A DNA stretch of 63,062 bases, counting the filler, from Psammoneis japonica (lineage: Eukaryota), in assembly GCA_008632985.1 (NCBI GenBank). It is 2 parts of 2 records of this genome, joined end to end, with 100 filler letters (N's around TTAATTAATTAA, not from the genome) between each part and the next. Parts side by side here need not be neighbours in the genome. Positions count along the whole stretch, not along the records: positions 31,937 to 63,062 come from QPGO01000398.1; 1 more part is not named here. One strand, given 5' to 3'. Under the pieces are notes generated by a model. The model saw nothing but the letters and a program-made list of their open reading frames with translations. It did not search any database and had not been told where the DNA came from. Both the position numbers and the translations under genes were made by a program. Within the stretch, counting starts at the first letter, position 1. Every line of letters starts with the position of its first letter. Below are positions 50,033 to 61,839 of this stretch, in pieces.

Positions 50033-50099
50033 ACAGAAGAGGGGAGAAGGCAATTGGAAAACAACCAATGTTCCACACTGCTTAGGATCCGGTTTTGTT

Positions 50100-53000
50100 C
50101 ATGCACTTTGCCTGGATCGGTCAAAATCAAAGCAAAAGTGCGAGACTTTCACCACAAGTTTTAAAATTGCACCAACAGAGACATGGTCTTGTGAGCGAAA
50201 TTGTTGATGATGCCCGCGCATTTGAAACAGCTCTTGAAAACCGCGGACGCTTCATCCGTGGTGGCCATGTGCAAGCAAGACCTCACTCGACATCTGCATT
50301 TGTTGACAAACGCGATGCACCACAACTGGTCAAAGCACATGAGACTGCTGCTGCCAGAACTCCTGAGGAGAACAAGGAGTCACCAAACACTCTGGCAGAG
50401 CATGCTGCACATTTGGCAGATGAGGTGCCAACCCTCACATCCGACGAGACACATCTCATCATTGACTCGGGTGCTTCCACCACAATTTGAAACAATGAAA
50501 ATGACTTTGTTGGTTGCATGCGACCCATCCAAAACTTGGACTTAAAGGGTGTTGCATCTGGCCCAGCCATTGAGGGCATTGGCATGGTGAGATGCGGCTT
50601 TGTGGATGACAATGGCAACAATTTTGCCATTGATGTCAACAATGTGCTGTGTGCACCCACCTGCCCGGTTCATCTGCTGTGCCCTCAACAAGTGGCAGCT
50701 GCCAGCCCCAATGAGGACACAGATGGGTTCTTTGCAAGGGGCAAGTCCACGACAATGATCTGTGGACAACATCGCAAAACCGTGCAATGCCATCACGAGT
50801 TGAATCTGCCGATTCTTGCTGCGGCTCCAGGCTTTGGCAATTTTTGAGCTTTCTGCTCTGACATTGATGCAAATGGCAAACTGCCACCTCGCACCAACAC
50901 AAAGGCATGTTCGGCTTCGCATCCGGCTTTTGCTGTCACAACAAGAAAGCAAAAGGCGGCGGCCAACACAAACAAACAACAGACTTCTTACAATCAGCAG
51001 AGCAAAAAGTCAAACGAAAACAAAAAGAAACCAAGGCCTGCTCAGCCTCAACAGGACCTGCCAGTCCACGAGGGGGGCACAGAAGACAACCTGCTTCCCA
51101 TCCAATGCGACATGTTGAAATTGCACCATCGCATGGGACACGTTGGTTTTGAACAAATCAAAGAATGGGCCAAGATTGGTGCTGTGCCAAAACGCTTTGC
51201 AAAATGCAAAGCTCCAGTCTGCAAAGCATGTGCTTGTGCAAAAGCCAAGCGCAAGGCAGCTCAACGTGGTCACCGCATCAATGAATGCCACGACAACGCT
51301 CCAGGTCAAGGAGCATCTGCGGATCAACTTGATGCGAGTCATCCGGGCCCACTTCCCACTTCTCGTGGCAAACCAACTGCTTGCAGGTGCAAACATTGCA
51401 CTCTGTGGATTGATCACTTCTCTGGATTTATCCATCCTCACATGCAAGAGTCCACTGGAGGAAAAGAGACCTTGACTGGCAAAACCAAGCTCGAGAGATT
51501 CACAGCAAAACACAATGTAAAAATCGAGCACATTCATGCCGATTGACGGCACATTCGCCGCCGCAGAGTTCACACAACACTGCGTTGAAAACAAACAACG
51601 AAACTCCTTTTGTGGAGCAGGAGCACACTGGCAAAACGGCATCTTGGAATGCTGCACAGGCGTCATCACCTCGATGGTGCGAACACACCTGTCACACGCT
51701 CAGCCCCTCTGGTCTGATGCAGCAACCATGGAATTATGGCCATTTGCCATCAGACAGGCTGTCAATTTCCACAATGTGTGCATCCGAAAAGGAAAAGAGA
51801 AAAACCCCTGGGAGCTGTTCACTGACAAGAAACCGCCATTTCAAATGGACGATTTTTGCGTGTGGGGGTGTCCTGTTTACATCGTGGACAAAAGTGTCCA
51901 AGGCGGGACTCACATTGGAAGATGGGCCGAACGGTCATGCCAAGGGGTGCACGTGGGACATTCGCTGGACCATGCCAGCAATGTCCATTTGGCATGGGAC
52001 CCCACAACCAAACACGTCTTGCCACAATTTCATGTCACATTCGACGAAAACTTTGCAACAGCAGTGCCTGGAAAGACATCAAGCAATGATCTTGAGGCAG
52101 CTCTTGAAAAATCATTTGATGACCATGCAAACACTTGGACTCACCATGATGAACATTTCGACCACAATCAACATTGTTTTGAAAAGAATGTTTGGAGCAA
52201 GGACGACTTGCTCTGCAAACATGGTGTTGACCCTCAAGCGTGCAAACAGGCGCAAAAGACCAACCACAAATCATGAGGGAGAAAAAGAGACTGTGCTGGA
52301 CAAGAAAAGCCAGACGATGATGACACACCATCTGAGATTCTGCCAGCTGTTGATGTCTCGGCCGACACACCGACACATGTGGCAGCTGCACTGGCAGACA
52401 CAACAATGCCAGCAGAATCGGCACACGCTGAAGCCTCCGAGGCTGCGCCACCTGCAGCAGGAGGTTCTGTGTCGGAGAGAGCAGAGGGGACCCACTCATT
52501 GTCAAACCGACTGCTGTCAGTTGACAATGCAACACCGTTGATTGTAGAAAATGCAGTCACCCAGGGCCCAACTGTGGCAACTCCAGAGGATGCTGCAACT
52601 TCTTCGCCAACGAAAGAAGCCCTCCAACATTCAAACAATGAAGCAGACTGTGCTCGTCATCAACTTCATGAATGCAAATGCCAAAAAGGTTTAGATGACG
52701 ATGCGACTTGCACAACAGCACAGAACAATGCAAAAAACAGCAACTCACCTGATGCGAACGCGCACATCACAACACCTCTGTGCCACAAAGAAGTTGCAGC
52801 TGAGCCACACGAAGAGCTTGCACATCTGATGGCACTTGTGGGTTCAGCAGACAATGACATGCTTCTCGACGAAGACACATGGAATGAATCCAGTCCACTC
52901 ACTTTCGAAGCAGCGGCGCCAGGAGACGTCGACACCCTGACCCAGGGCCAGATGAAAAGAGCACCAGACCGTGCCAAATTTGAAAAAGCCCAAGTTCCAG

Positions 53001-54520
53001 AAACACAAGGGCTGGCAGATGTGGATGCATGGGAACACATGCCACGTTCTGAAGTGCCAAAAGACCACCGGCTGTCAAGTGCAATCTGGTCACACAAAAG
53101 AAAAAGGAAACCAAGTGGTGAGCTTTCAAAACACAAAGCCAGAATGTGCGTCGACGGTTCCAAACAACAACGTGGAATGGACCATTGGGACACATTCGCC
53201 CCAGTCGTCGCATGGAGTGCGGTGTGACTGACATTGTGTCCAGCGGCAATCGCCGGTCTGAAAAGCAGACAAGTGGATCATGCGCAAGCATTTCCACAAG
53301 CAGAGCTGGAAGAACCAGCATGTGTGAGACTCCCAGAAGGGTGGGAAGTGAAAGACAAAAATGGAAACATCATGCCAGACATGGCATGCAAACTGAAAAA
53401 GAACTCACGCGGCATGAAAACTGCTGCACGAAACTGGTTCCAGAAACTGTCAAAGGGGCTGGAACAATGTGGTTTCAAGAAATCAAAAATGGACCCATGT
53501 CTGTTCATCAGAAATGACTGCATCATCTGCTTGCACACAGATGATTGTTTGGTTTTTGCTCCAACGAACTACATTGTCACTGCACTCATGCAAGAACTCA
53601 AGCAAGACGAGCTTCAACTTGCCGACGAAGGCGATGCACCCGCTTTCCTCAGTGTGGATGTCGCCAATGCCGTCGACGGCAAAATCCACATGACCCAGAC
53701 AGGTCTTGTTGATTCCACGTTGAAAGACCTCGGTCTGAGGTCCCACAACAATGAACCATTGCAGAACAGGCCACAAACAAAGGCTGCTCCAGCAGCACAA
53801 ATGCTGCACCCTGACACAGACGGTCAGGAGCATCAAGAACCGTGGAACTGCCGGTCTGTTGTCGGAAAGATGAGCTCTCTGGCACAAATGACTCGACTGG
53901 ACATTGCAGTGGCAGCGCACATGTGCGCCAGATTTTCCAACTGCCCAAAGGCATTGCACGAACAAGCAGTTGAGCGCATCGGACGTCATCTGCTGGCAAC
54001 TTCAACAGACGGCATTGAGCTCCGGCCGAAAGGGAAATTCTCCCTGGGTGCATGTGTTGACAGCGACTTCGCGGGAATGTGGCACAGAAATTTTGCCCAT
54101 CTCCACGAATCGCACCTGTCATGATCAGGGTGTGTTGCCACATTTGCAGGCTGTCCAATCTGTTGGAAGAGCGAGGCTGAACTCGTTGCACTGTCACAGT
54201 GCCTGAGAGAGCCACTTCCAATGAGAGCTGTGCCAGAAGAACTGTCCAAAACCATGGATTTTGAACTGGCAAATTCACACATTGAATCTGGTTCTCTGGA
54301 AACTCGTGTGCTTCCACACAAGCTTCCCCCGTCCACAGCGCATGAAGACAAAACAGGATGCACTGCACTGGCCACCTCTGACAAGCAATGCAGAGCTGGA
54401 GCCAAGCACACAAGCATCAAATGGATGCACTTTTGGGACCACACAAAACGTGGTTCTGTGAAGAAGGCAGTGAAAGTTGGCGACACATTGAGCAGTCCAA
54501 ACAGACTGCTGCTTCACTCA
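50100..54520 (+). pseudogene. pol: Copia pol (protease, integrase, RT, RNase H) with stops and frameshifts
   Basis: IIDSGAS; LHHRMGH...CKAC; HIHAD, QNGILE; HKARMCVDG, DTFAPVV, CLHTDDCL; ACVDSDFAG, HEDKTGC, KHTSIKW. Confidence 0.92.
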
Positions 54521-54710
54521 AAAACAGCATTTTTGGACGTGTGCAAACAGCATTTTTCGCTTCGCTTGTGCTCGAAGCACGAGGGAGAGAAACACCCTGG
54601 ACACACCCCAGACATTTTCCAGGAATGCTCTGGAGGCTGTGCGCAGATGTTGCTGCATCGGCTTGGCTCCATTGCTGGCATTGGTCAGAGCCCTCGTTGA
54701 CACGAGGGAG

Positions 54711-54880
54711 TGTCACGTTCAGCTGGAGCTCACAGGACAGATGGACAGACGGACGGATGGACAGACGGAGCTCATTCGCACTGACTCAGAGAGATGATGT
54801 CGAAGATTCTCTGACGCAGCTGGCTCGTGGACCACAGAACAGTCGCAAGCCTCTTTGGCTCACAACATCCACACAAGACA
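54711..54880 (+). repeat. 3' LTR
   Basis: Preceded by PPT gagggag and followed by TSD ccctt. Confidence 0.95.
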
Positions 54881-55539
54881 CCCTTTGTGATTTGGTGCCC
54901 TCAACAGACATTTTTTGTCCTTTTTGATTTTGTGCCCTTGGCCATTTTGCTGGTCACGACAGAGCTGCAGAACAACAAGAACCTGCCCGATGAAGAGCAT
55001 GGGGCAAAGGAGAGAAAGTGCGTGAGATGCCTGAAGCACTTCACGGCAGGGAGCTCCAAGAACGGAGATGCGGAAGGGAGCGCACCCAGGAAACGCAAGA
55101 GGGAGGACTTTTGCAGGAAGATTGTGGCAGAGCGTGACAGGAAAGTGGAGGAGGGGGGCAATGGGCTGGGGGATGAGGAAAGCCACGTGGCGGGTTGCAC
55201 TGAGACACACGAGCTGGAGCCAACACCTGTTTGGCAGACAATGTGTGAAAAGTGGCAGTCATGTTTGTTGCAAATGACGTTGCAGACACAATCTAAATTG
55301 AGCGACTGCACTCCACGGCACCAGCTGGAGAGCAACTGGGGAAGGGCACAACACGGGTGGTGCCTTGGGAAACCAGTCAACTGATCTGTTGTCAGTCAGC
55401 TGTTGAATGTGTTTGAGTGGGTGCGCCGGAGTTTTTGGCCCGCTCACTTTCCACGTGGCCTGGAACAACCCAAATCTGTGTAGATTCAGCACGCTTTGCC
55501 CTGCAGAACAGTTTTTGGGAGCGTTCTCTGGCTCGCGGC

Positions 55540-56005
55540 TCAAAATGACACGCAAAATGGCACGGACAATGGCGTTTTGCCAAGTTGAAAAATGCGATTG
55601 TCTCTGAGGTCGGAACCTGGATGCTCTCAACAGAACTCGGTGCGTTGTGTCATCTTGTGCGAGATGAGCTCGAGAGCATCCAGGTTCACATGGGTGGATT
55701 GTGGCGAAAATTCTTGCTGAAGGCTCGCACTGACAATGTCGCTTCTGTTGAATCACAACCAGCCTCATGTGCTGCCATTTGTGCTGTGTGTTTTGGGTTG
55801 GCAGCCACTCAATTTGCGCGCAGCTTCTCTTTCTACACCGCTCTTTTGTTTGCCCTGCGGGACAATTTTTTGGGAGTGTTTTCTGGCTCTGCGGATCAAA
55901 ACAACACGCAAAACAGCACGGACAATGGCGTTTCGCCAAGTTGAAAAATGCGATCGTCTCTGAGGTCGGAACCTGGACACTCTCAACGGAATTTGGTGCA
56001 TCACA
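55540..56005 (+). repeat. Direct repeat pair with about 356-bp spacing in an unclassified element
   Basis: cacggacaatggcgttt...caagttgaaaaatgcgat...tctgaggtcggaacctgga at about 55561 and 55917. Confidence 0.75.
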
Positions 56006-57133
56006 TCATTTTCGCATTTTTGCATTTTCGCTGGCGGTCTTCAAATCAAGAACAATCTCGCCACATGTTGCAGGGGGGCGCTGAAGGGCCACAGCCCACT
56101 GGCAGGGTGCTGATCAAACAAGATTTGCGGCACAAGTGTTTGGTGCTGGGGGCACCTTTGAGATTTTGTGCCCTCAGCCATGTTGCGCAATTCTTGATTT
56201 TGTGCCCTTGACCTTTTTGTGCCCTTGGCTGTTTTGCGCCCTTTCCTTTTTTTGTGCCCTTGAGCATTTTGCCCCATCTCGTGGTTTTGTGCCCTTGGCC
56301 ATTTTGTGCCCTTTGTGACTTTGTGCCCTTGTCCATTTTGTGCCTTTTTTGGCTTTGGGCCCTCAGCCGCATTTGGTGCCCCTCATGATTTTGTGCCTTC
56401 AGCAATTTTTGGCCATTGTGGTTTTGTGGCCTTTGCCGCCTTGGACCCTCTCTGATTTTTTGCCCTTGGCAGCTTTGTGCCCTCAGCCACCATTTTGCGC
56501 CCTCAGTCATTTTGCGGCCTCAGCAATTTTGTGCCCCTGCCTGGTTTGTGCTCTTTGTGATTTGGCGCCCTCAACAGACATTTTTTGTCCTTTTTGATTT
56601 TGTGCCCTTGGCCATTTTGCTGGTCACGACAGAGTTGCAGAACAACAAGAACCTGCCCAACGAAGAGCGGGGCAAAGGAGAGAAAGTGCGCGAGATGACA
56701 AAGTTGGACCCAACAGCACATGCATCAGCACGCGAGTCCAAGTCGTTGGCTGCCTTGCCGTGTGAATGCCCAGCAGATGACAAAGAGACATGTGGACAAA
56801 TGCAGATTTTTTCAAGGAAATCAAACGTCAAGGAAAACAAGCGCGTCGTTTCAAGGAAAACAAACACGTCATTTGAAGGAAAACAAGCGTGTCATTTCGA
56901 GGAAAACAAACACATCTTTTCAAGGAAAACAAACGCGTCGTTTCAGGGAAAACAACACGTGGTTTCAAGGAAAACAAACGTGTCTTTTCAAGGAAAACAA
57001 ACCTGTCAAACAAACGTGTCATTTCAAGGAAAACAAGCACGTCGTTTCAAGAAAAACAAACGCGTCATTTCAACAAAAACAAACACGTTGTTTCAAGGAA
57101 AACAAGTGTGCTTTTTTTTAAGAAAAACAGACC

Positions 57134-57387
57134 TTTCGCATTTTCGCATTTTCGCATTTTCGCATTTTCGCATTTTCGCATTTTCGCATTTTCGCATTTT
57201 CGCATTTTCGCATTTTCGCATTTTCGCATTTTCGCATTTTCGCATTTTCGCATTTTCGCATTTTCGCATTTTCGCATTTTCGCATTTTCGCATTTTCGCA
57301 TTTTCGCATTTTCGCATTTTCGCATTTTCGCATTTTCGCATTTTCGCATTTTCGCATTTTCGCATTTTCGCATTTTCGCATTTTCGC
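57134..57387 (+). repeat. Perfect (TTTTCGCA)n octamer array
   Basis: 30 perfect units at 57141-57380 plus partial flanking units. Confidence 0.97.
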
Positions 57388-57456
57388 TGTCTTCAAATCG
57401 AGGACAATCTCTCCACATGTTGCAGGGGGGCGCTGAAGGGGCGCAGCCCGCTGGCA

Positions 57457-57852
57457 GACGTGCTCCAGCTCCAGGTGGGACCTCACACCACTGAACTGTG
57501 ACACAGTCATTTTTTGTCATCCGCCGCATGTTTCGCGCGCAAATTTCTGCGTGTTCTGTTGCAAAAAATTGCTCCACACTGCCTGTTTTGCGAAGCCAAA
57601 GGCTTTCTGTCATCTGCGCTTGTGCCGACAAAAACGCGCTGGGTGTGTTCTTTGATGTCTAAAGAACACACCCGGGCATGCTGCAAAGAATGTGCTTCAA
57701 GTGTGGAGGAGGAGATGCGTTCGCAAAATTGCCTCTTTTTCTTTTGGCGATCATCCGTGCATGTGCTGCTTGGCAATTTTGCTGCGGAGCTGGCACGCGG
57801 AATTCTGCGGGCCCAGTGTCACAAAAAGTCCCGCCCAGGACTGGAGCCCGTC
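57457..57852 (+). mobile_element. MITE copy 6
   Basis: GACGTGCTCCAG...GGAGCCCGTC; TSD GGCA; empty site cactggcaggg in sister units. Confidence 0.9.
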
Positions 57853-60077
57853 GGCAGGGCGCTGATCAAACAAGATTTGTGGCGCAAGAGTTTGGCGCTG
57901 GGGGCACCTTTGAGGTTTTGTGCCCTCAGCCATGCTGCCCAATTCTTGGCTTTGTGCCCTTGACCTTTTTGTGCCCTTGGCTGTTTTGCGCCCTTTCCTT
58001 TTTTTGCGCGCTTGGGCACTTTGCCCCATCTCGTGGTTTCGCGCCCTTGGCCATTTTGCGCCCTTTGTGACTTTGTGCCCTTGGCCATTTTGCGCCTTTT
58101 TGGGTTTTTGGGCCCTCAGCCGCATTTGGCGCCCCTCATGATTTTGCACCCTCGGCAGCTTTTGGCCATTGTGGTTTTGTGCCCTTTGCCACCTCGGACC
58201 CTTTCTGATTTTTTGCCCCAGGCAGCTTTGTGCCCTCAGCCACCATTTTGCACCCTCAGTCATTTTGTGACCTCAGCAATTTTGTGCCCCTGCCTGGTTT
58301 GTGCTCTTTGTGATTTGGCGCCCTCAACAGACATTTTTTTGTCCTTTTTGATTTTGTGCCCTTGGCCATTTTGCTGGCCACGACAGAGTTGCAGAACAAC
58401 AAGAACCTGCCCGATGAAGAATGTGGGGCAAAGGAGAGAAAGTGTGCAAGATGACAAAGTTGGGCCCAACAGCACATGCATCAAAACAAAACCAAACATC
58501 TGTGTTTTAAGCGCTGCTGCGCTTCCACCCTGCAACTCCGGCAACAAGCCAACCCACACCCCCAGCGCACCATTGGTGCGGCAGGAGCAAACAGCGATTG
58601 GCCGAGATTTTCGTCACCCGAGGGTGACGCCGCGCCGAAATGACTTGCAGCGGTTCTTGTGCCTCGTGCAGCCAACCGTTTGGCTTCCCGCATGCTTGAT
58701 TTAAAGACTGGTTTGAACACAGCCAGCCAGTTTCGAAGCCTGTGTGTTGAGTGTGTTGGGTGGTCTTCCACCAAATCCAGGAGGAGCGCTTTGTCTCTGG
58801 CCAGACAATCATCCGTTCGGGAGCAAATGGCTCCAACCTTCGCTTCCGCATCTCTCCTCTGAGAAGATTTCCTGGTTTCCGAGTCGTGCAGGTTTTTTCA
58901 AGGAAAACAAATGTGTCGTTTCAAGGAAAACAAACACGTTTTTTCAAGGAAAACAAACATGTCGTTTGAAGGAAAAAAAAATGCGTCATTTCGAGGAAAA
59001 CAAACATGTCTTTTGAGGGAAAACAAACGTGCCGTTTCAGGGAAAACAAGCACGTGGTTTCAAGGAAAACAAGCACGTCTTTTCAAGGAAAACAAACCTG
59101 CAAAACAAACATGTCATTTCAAGGAAAACAAGCACGTCGATTCAAGAAAAACAAACACGTTGTTTCAACAAAAACAAACGCGTTGTTTCAAGGAAAACAA
59201 GTGTGTTTTTTTTAAGAAAACAAACCTTTCGCATTTTCGCATTTTCGCATTTTCGCATTTTCGAATTTTCGCATTTTCGCTGGTGGTCTTCAAATCAAGA
59301 ACAATCTCGCCACATGTTGCAGGGGGGCGCTGAAGGGCCACAGCCCACTGGCAGGGCGCTGATCAAACAAGATTTGCGGCGCAAGTGTTTGGCGCTGGGG
59401 GCACCTTTGAGATTTTGTGCCCTCAGCCATGTTGTGCAATTCTAGATTTTGTGCCCTTGACCTTTTTGTGCCCTTGGCTGTTTTGCGCCCTTTCCTTTTT
59501 TTGTGCCCTTGAGCATTTTGCCCCATCTCGTGGTTTTGTGCCCTTGGCCATTTTGTGCCCTTTGTGACTTTGTGCCCTTGTCCATTTTGTGCCTTTTTTG
59601 GCTTTGGGCCCTCAGCCGCATTTGGTGCCCCTCATGATTTTGTGCCTTCAGCAATTTTTGGCCATTGTGGTTTTGTGCCCTTTTCCGCCTTGGACCCTTT
59701 CTGATTTTTTGCCCTTGGCAGCTTTGTGCCCTCAGAAACCATTTTGCGCCCTCAGTCATTTTGTGACCTCAGCAATTTTGTGCCCCTGCCTGGTTTGTGC
59801 TCTTTGTGATTTGGCACCCTCAACAGACATTTTTTGTCCTTTTTGATTTTGTGCCCTTGGCCATTTTGCTGGTCATGACAGAGCTGCAGAACAACAAGAA
59901 CCTGCCCAACAAAGAGCGGGGCAAAGGAGAGAAAGTGCGCGAGATGACAAGGTTGGACCCAACAGCGCATGCATCAGCACGCGAGTCCAAGTCGTTGGTT
60001 GCCATGCCACGCGATTGTCCAGCAGATGACAAAGAGACGTGTGCGTTCATTGGGAATCGTCTGGACAAATGCAGGTT

Positions 60078-61740
60078 TTTTCAAGGAAAACAAACGTGTC
60101 GCTTCAAGGAAAACAAACACGTCGTTTGAAGGAAAACAAACACGTCGTTTGAAGGAAAACAAACACGTCATTTCAAGGAAAACAAGCGTGTCTTTTCAAG
60201 GAAAACAAACACGTCATTTCAGGGAAAACAAACACGTGGTTTCAAGGAAAACAAACACATCTTTTCAAGGAAAACAAACATGTCTTTTCAAGGAAAACAA
60301 ACCTGTCAAACAAGCGTGTCATTTCAAGGAAAACAAGCACGTCGTTTCAAGAAAAACAAACGTGCACTTTCAACAAAAACAAACATGTTGTTTCAAGGAA
60401 AACAAATGTGTTTCTTTTGAGAAAAACAAACATGTCTTTTCAAGTGAAACAAACACGTCTTTTCAAGAAAAACAAACACGTCATTTCAAGGAAAACAAAC
60501 GTGTCTTTTCAAAGAAAACAAACACGTCGTTTCAAGGAAAACAAACGTGTCTTTGCAAGGAAAACAAACACATTGTTTCAAGGAAAACAAACACGTCGTT
60601 TCAAGGAAAACAAGCGCGTCATTTCAAGGAAATCAAACAGGAAAACAAACATGTCGTTTCAAGGAAAACAAACACGTCATTTCAAGGAAAACAAACACGT
60701 CGTTTCAAAAAAAACACACACAATTTTTTTTGACAAAAACAAGCGCGCTGTTTCAAGGAAAACAAACATGATGCGCTCCAGGTCCAGGTGGGACCTTGCA
60801 CTGCTGAGCTGTGACATCGACAGTTTTTTGAATCGCGTCACATGTCGCGCACGTGCATTTCTGCGTGATTTTGGCAAAATTTTGTGTGGTTTCATGGCAC
60901 AATTGTCGGGCCATCCATTGAACAACTTTTGACATTTTTTTCTTCTGCGCCATTCTCGAGTGTCTCAAGAATGGCGCAGGGCAGGCACGCTGTCCAAAAC
61001 TTCGAGCGCGAACAGGGACAGATGTGCTGCAAACGCAAGCTTGGCCATTTTTTTGTGTCGAAGACAAATGTGTCCATTGGCCAGAGCACGAACTGCAGAG
61101 CTCGCACGCAGAATTCTGCGGGGCAAATGTCACAAAAAGTCCCGCCTGGGGCTGGAACCCGTCACATGTCTTTTCAAGAAAAACAAACACGTCTTTTCAA
61201 GGAAAACAAGCACGTCGTTTCAAGGAAAACAAGCACGTCGTTTCAAGGAAAACAAACACGTTGTTTCAAGAAAAACAAACACGCCATTTCAATGAAAACA
61301 AACATGTTGTTTCAAGGAAAACAAGCGTGTGTTTTTGAGAAAAACAAACGTGTTGTTTCAAGGCAGACAAACACATGTTTTTAAGAAAAAACAAACTTTG
61401 CAAGGAAAACAAACGTGTCTTTTCAAGGAAAACAAGCACGTCTTTTCAAGGAAAACAAGTGTGTCTTTTCAAGGAAAACAAACATGTTGTTTCAAGGAAA
61501 ACAAACACGTCATTTCAAGGAAAACAAACACGTTGTTTTGATGAAAACAAACATGTTGTTTCAAGGAAACCAAACATGTTTTTTCAAGGAAAACAAGCAT
61601 GTCTTTTCAAGGAAAACAAACATGTCTTTTCAAGGAAAACAAGCGTGTCTTTTCAAGGAAAACAAACACGTCATTTCAAGGAAAACAAACACATCATTTC
61701 AAGGAAAACAAACACGTCGTTTCAAGGAAAACAAACACAA
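60078..61740 (+). repeat. Approximately 22-bp minisatellite (TTTCAAGGAAAACAAACACGTC-like); also at 56810-57125 and 58895-59225
   Basis: Dozens of caaggaaaacaa cores. Confidence 0.92.
60770..61163 (+). mobile_element. MITE copy 7
   Basis: GATGCGCTCCAGG...GGAACCCGTC; TSD ACAT. Confidence 0.9.
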
Positions 61741-61839
61741 GACTGGCCAGACAGAAAGGCACACCCGCGCGCTCTCGAGCTCTCAAACTTTGTTTTGAGA
61801 AAAACGCGTTGAAAAGAATTTTGGCCAACCACAAACATT

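Larger units (their letters stand above)
47311..54880 (+). mobile_element. Full-length degenerate Ty1/Copia (CoDi-like) LTR retrotransposon
   Basis: 170-bp TG...CA LTRs; 5-bp TSD CCCTT; PBS-like GGTTGTGTGGCCC; PPT GAGGGAG; gag-PR-IN-RT-RH order. Confidence 0.95.
56007..61740 (+). repeat. Three tandem composite units: (TTTTCGCA)n, GC-rich spacer, TTTTGTGCCC array, spacer, CAAGGAAAACAAAC array
   Basis: Units start at about 56007, 57134 and 59227 with the same module order; units 2 and 3 carry MITE insertions. Confidence 0.85.

Noticed and set aside
47311..54880. ADAR-type RNA editing of retroelement RNA as the cause of A>G
   Set aside because: Changes occur on both strands, differ between the two LTRs, and also hit DNA elements and satellites.
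57134..57387. (TTTTCGCA)n as a telomere
   Set aside because: Internal, a module of a composite repeat, and unlike the TTAGGG-type telomeres known from diatoms.
56810..61740. CAAGGAAAACAAAC and TTTTGTGCCC arrays as CRISPR arrays
   Set aside because: About 20-22-bp period with degenerate units, no unique spacers, no cas genes, eukaryotic context.
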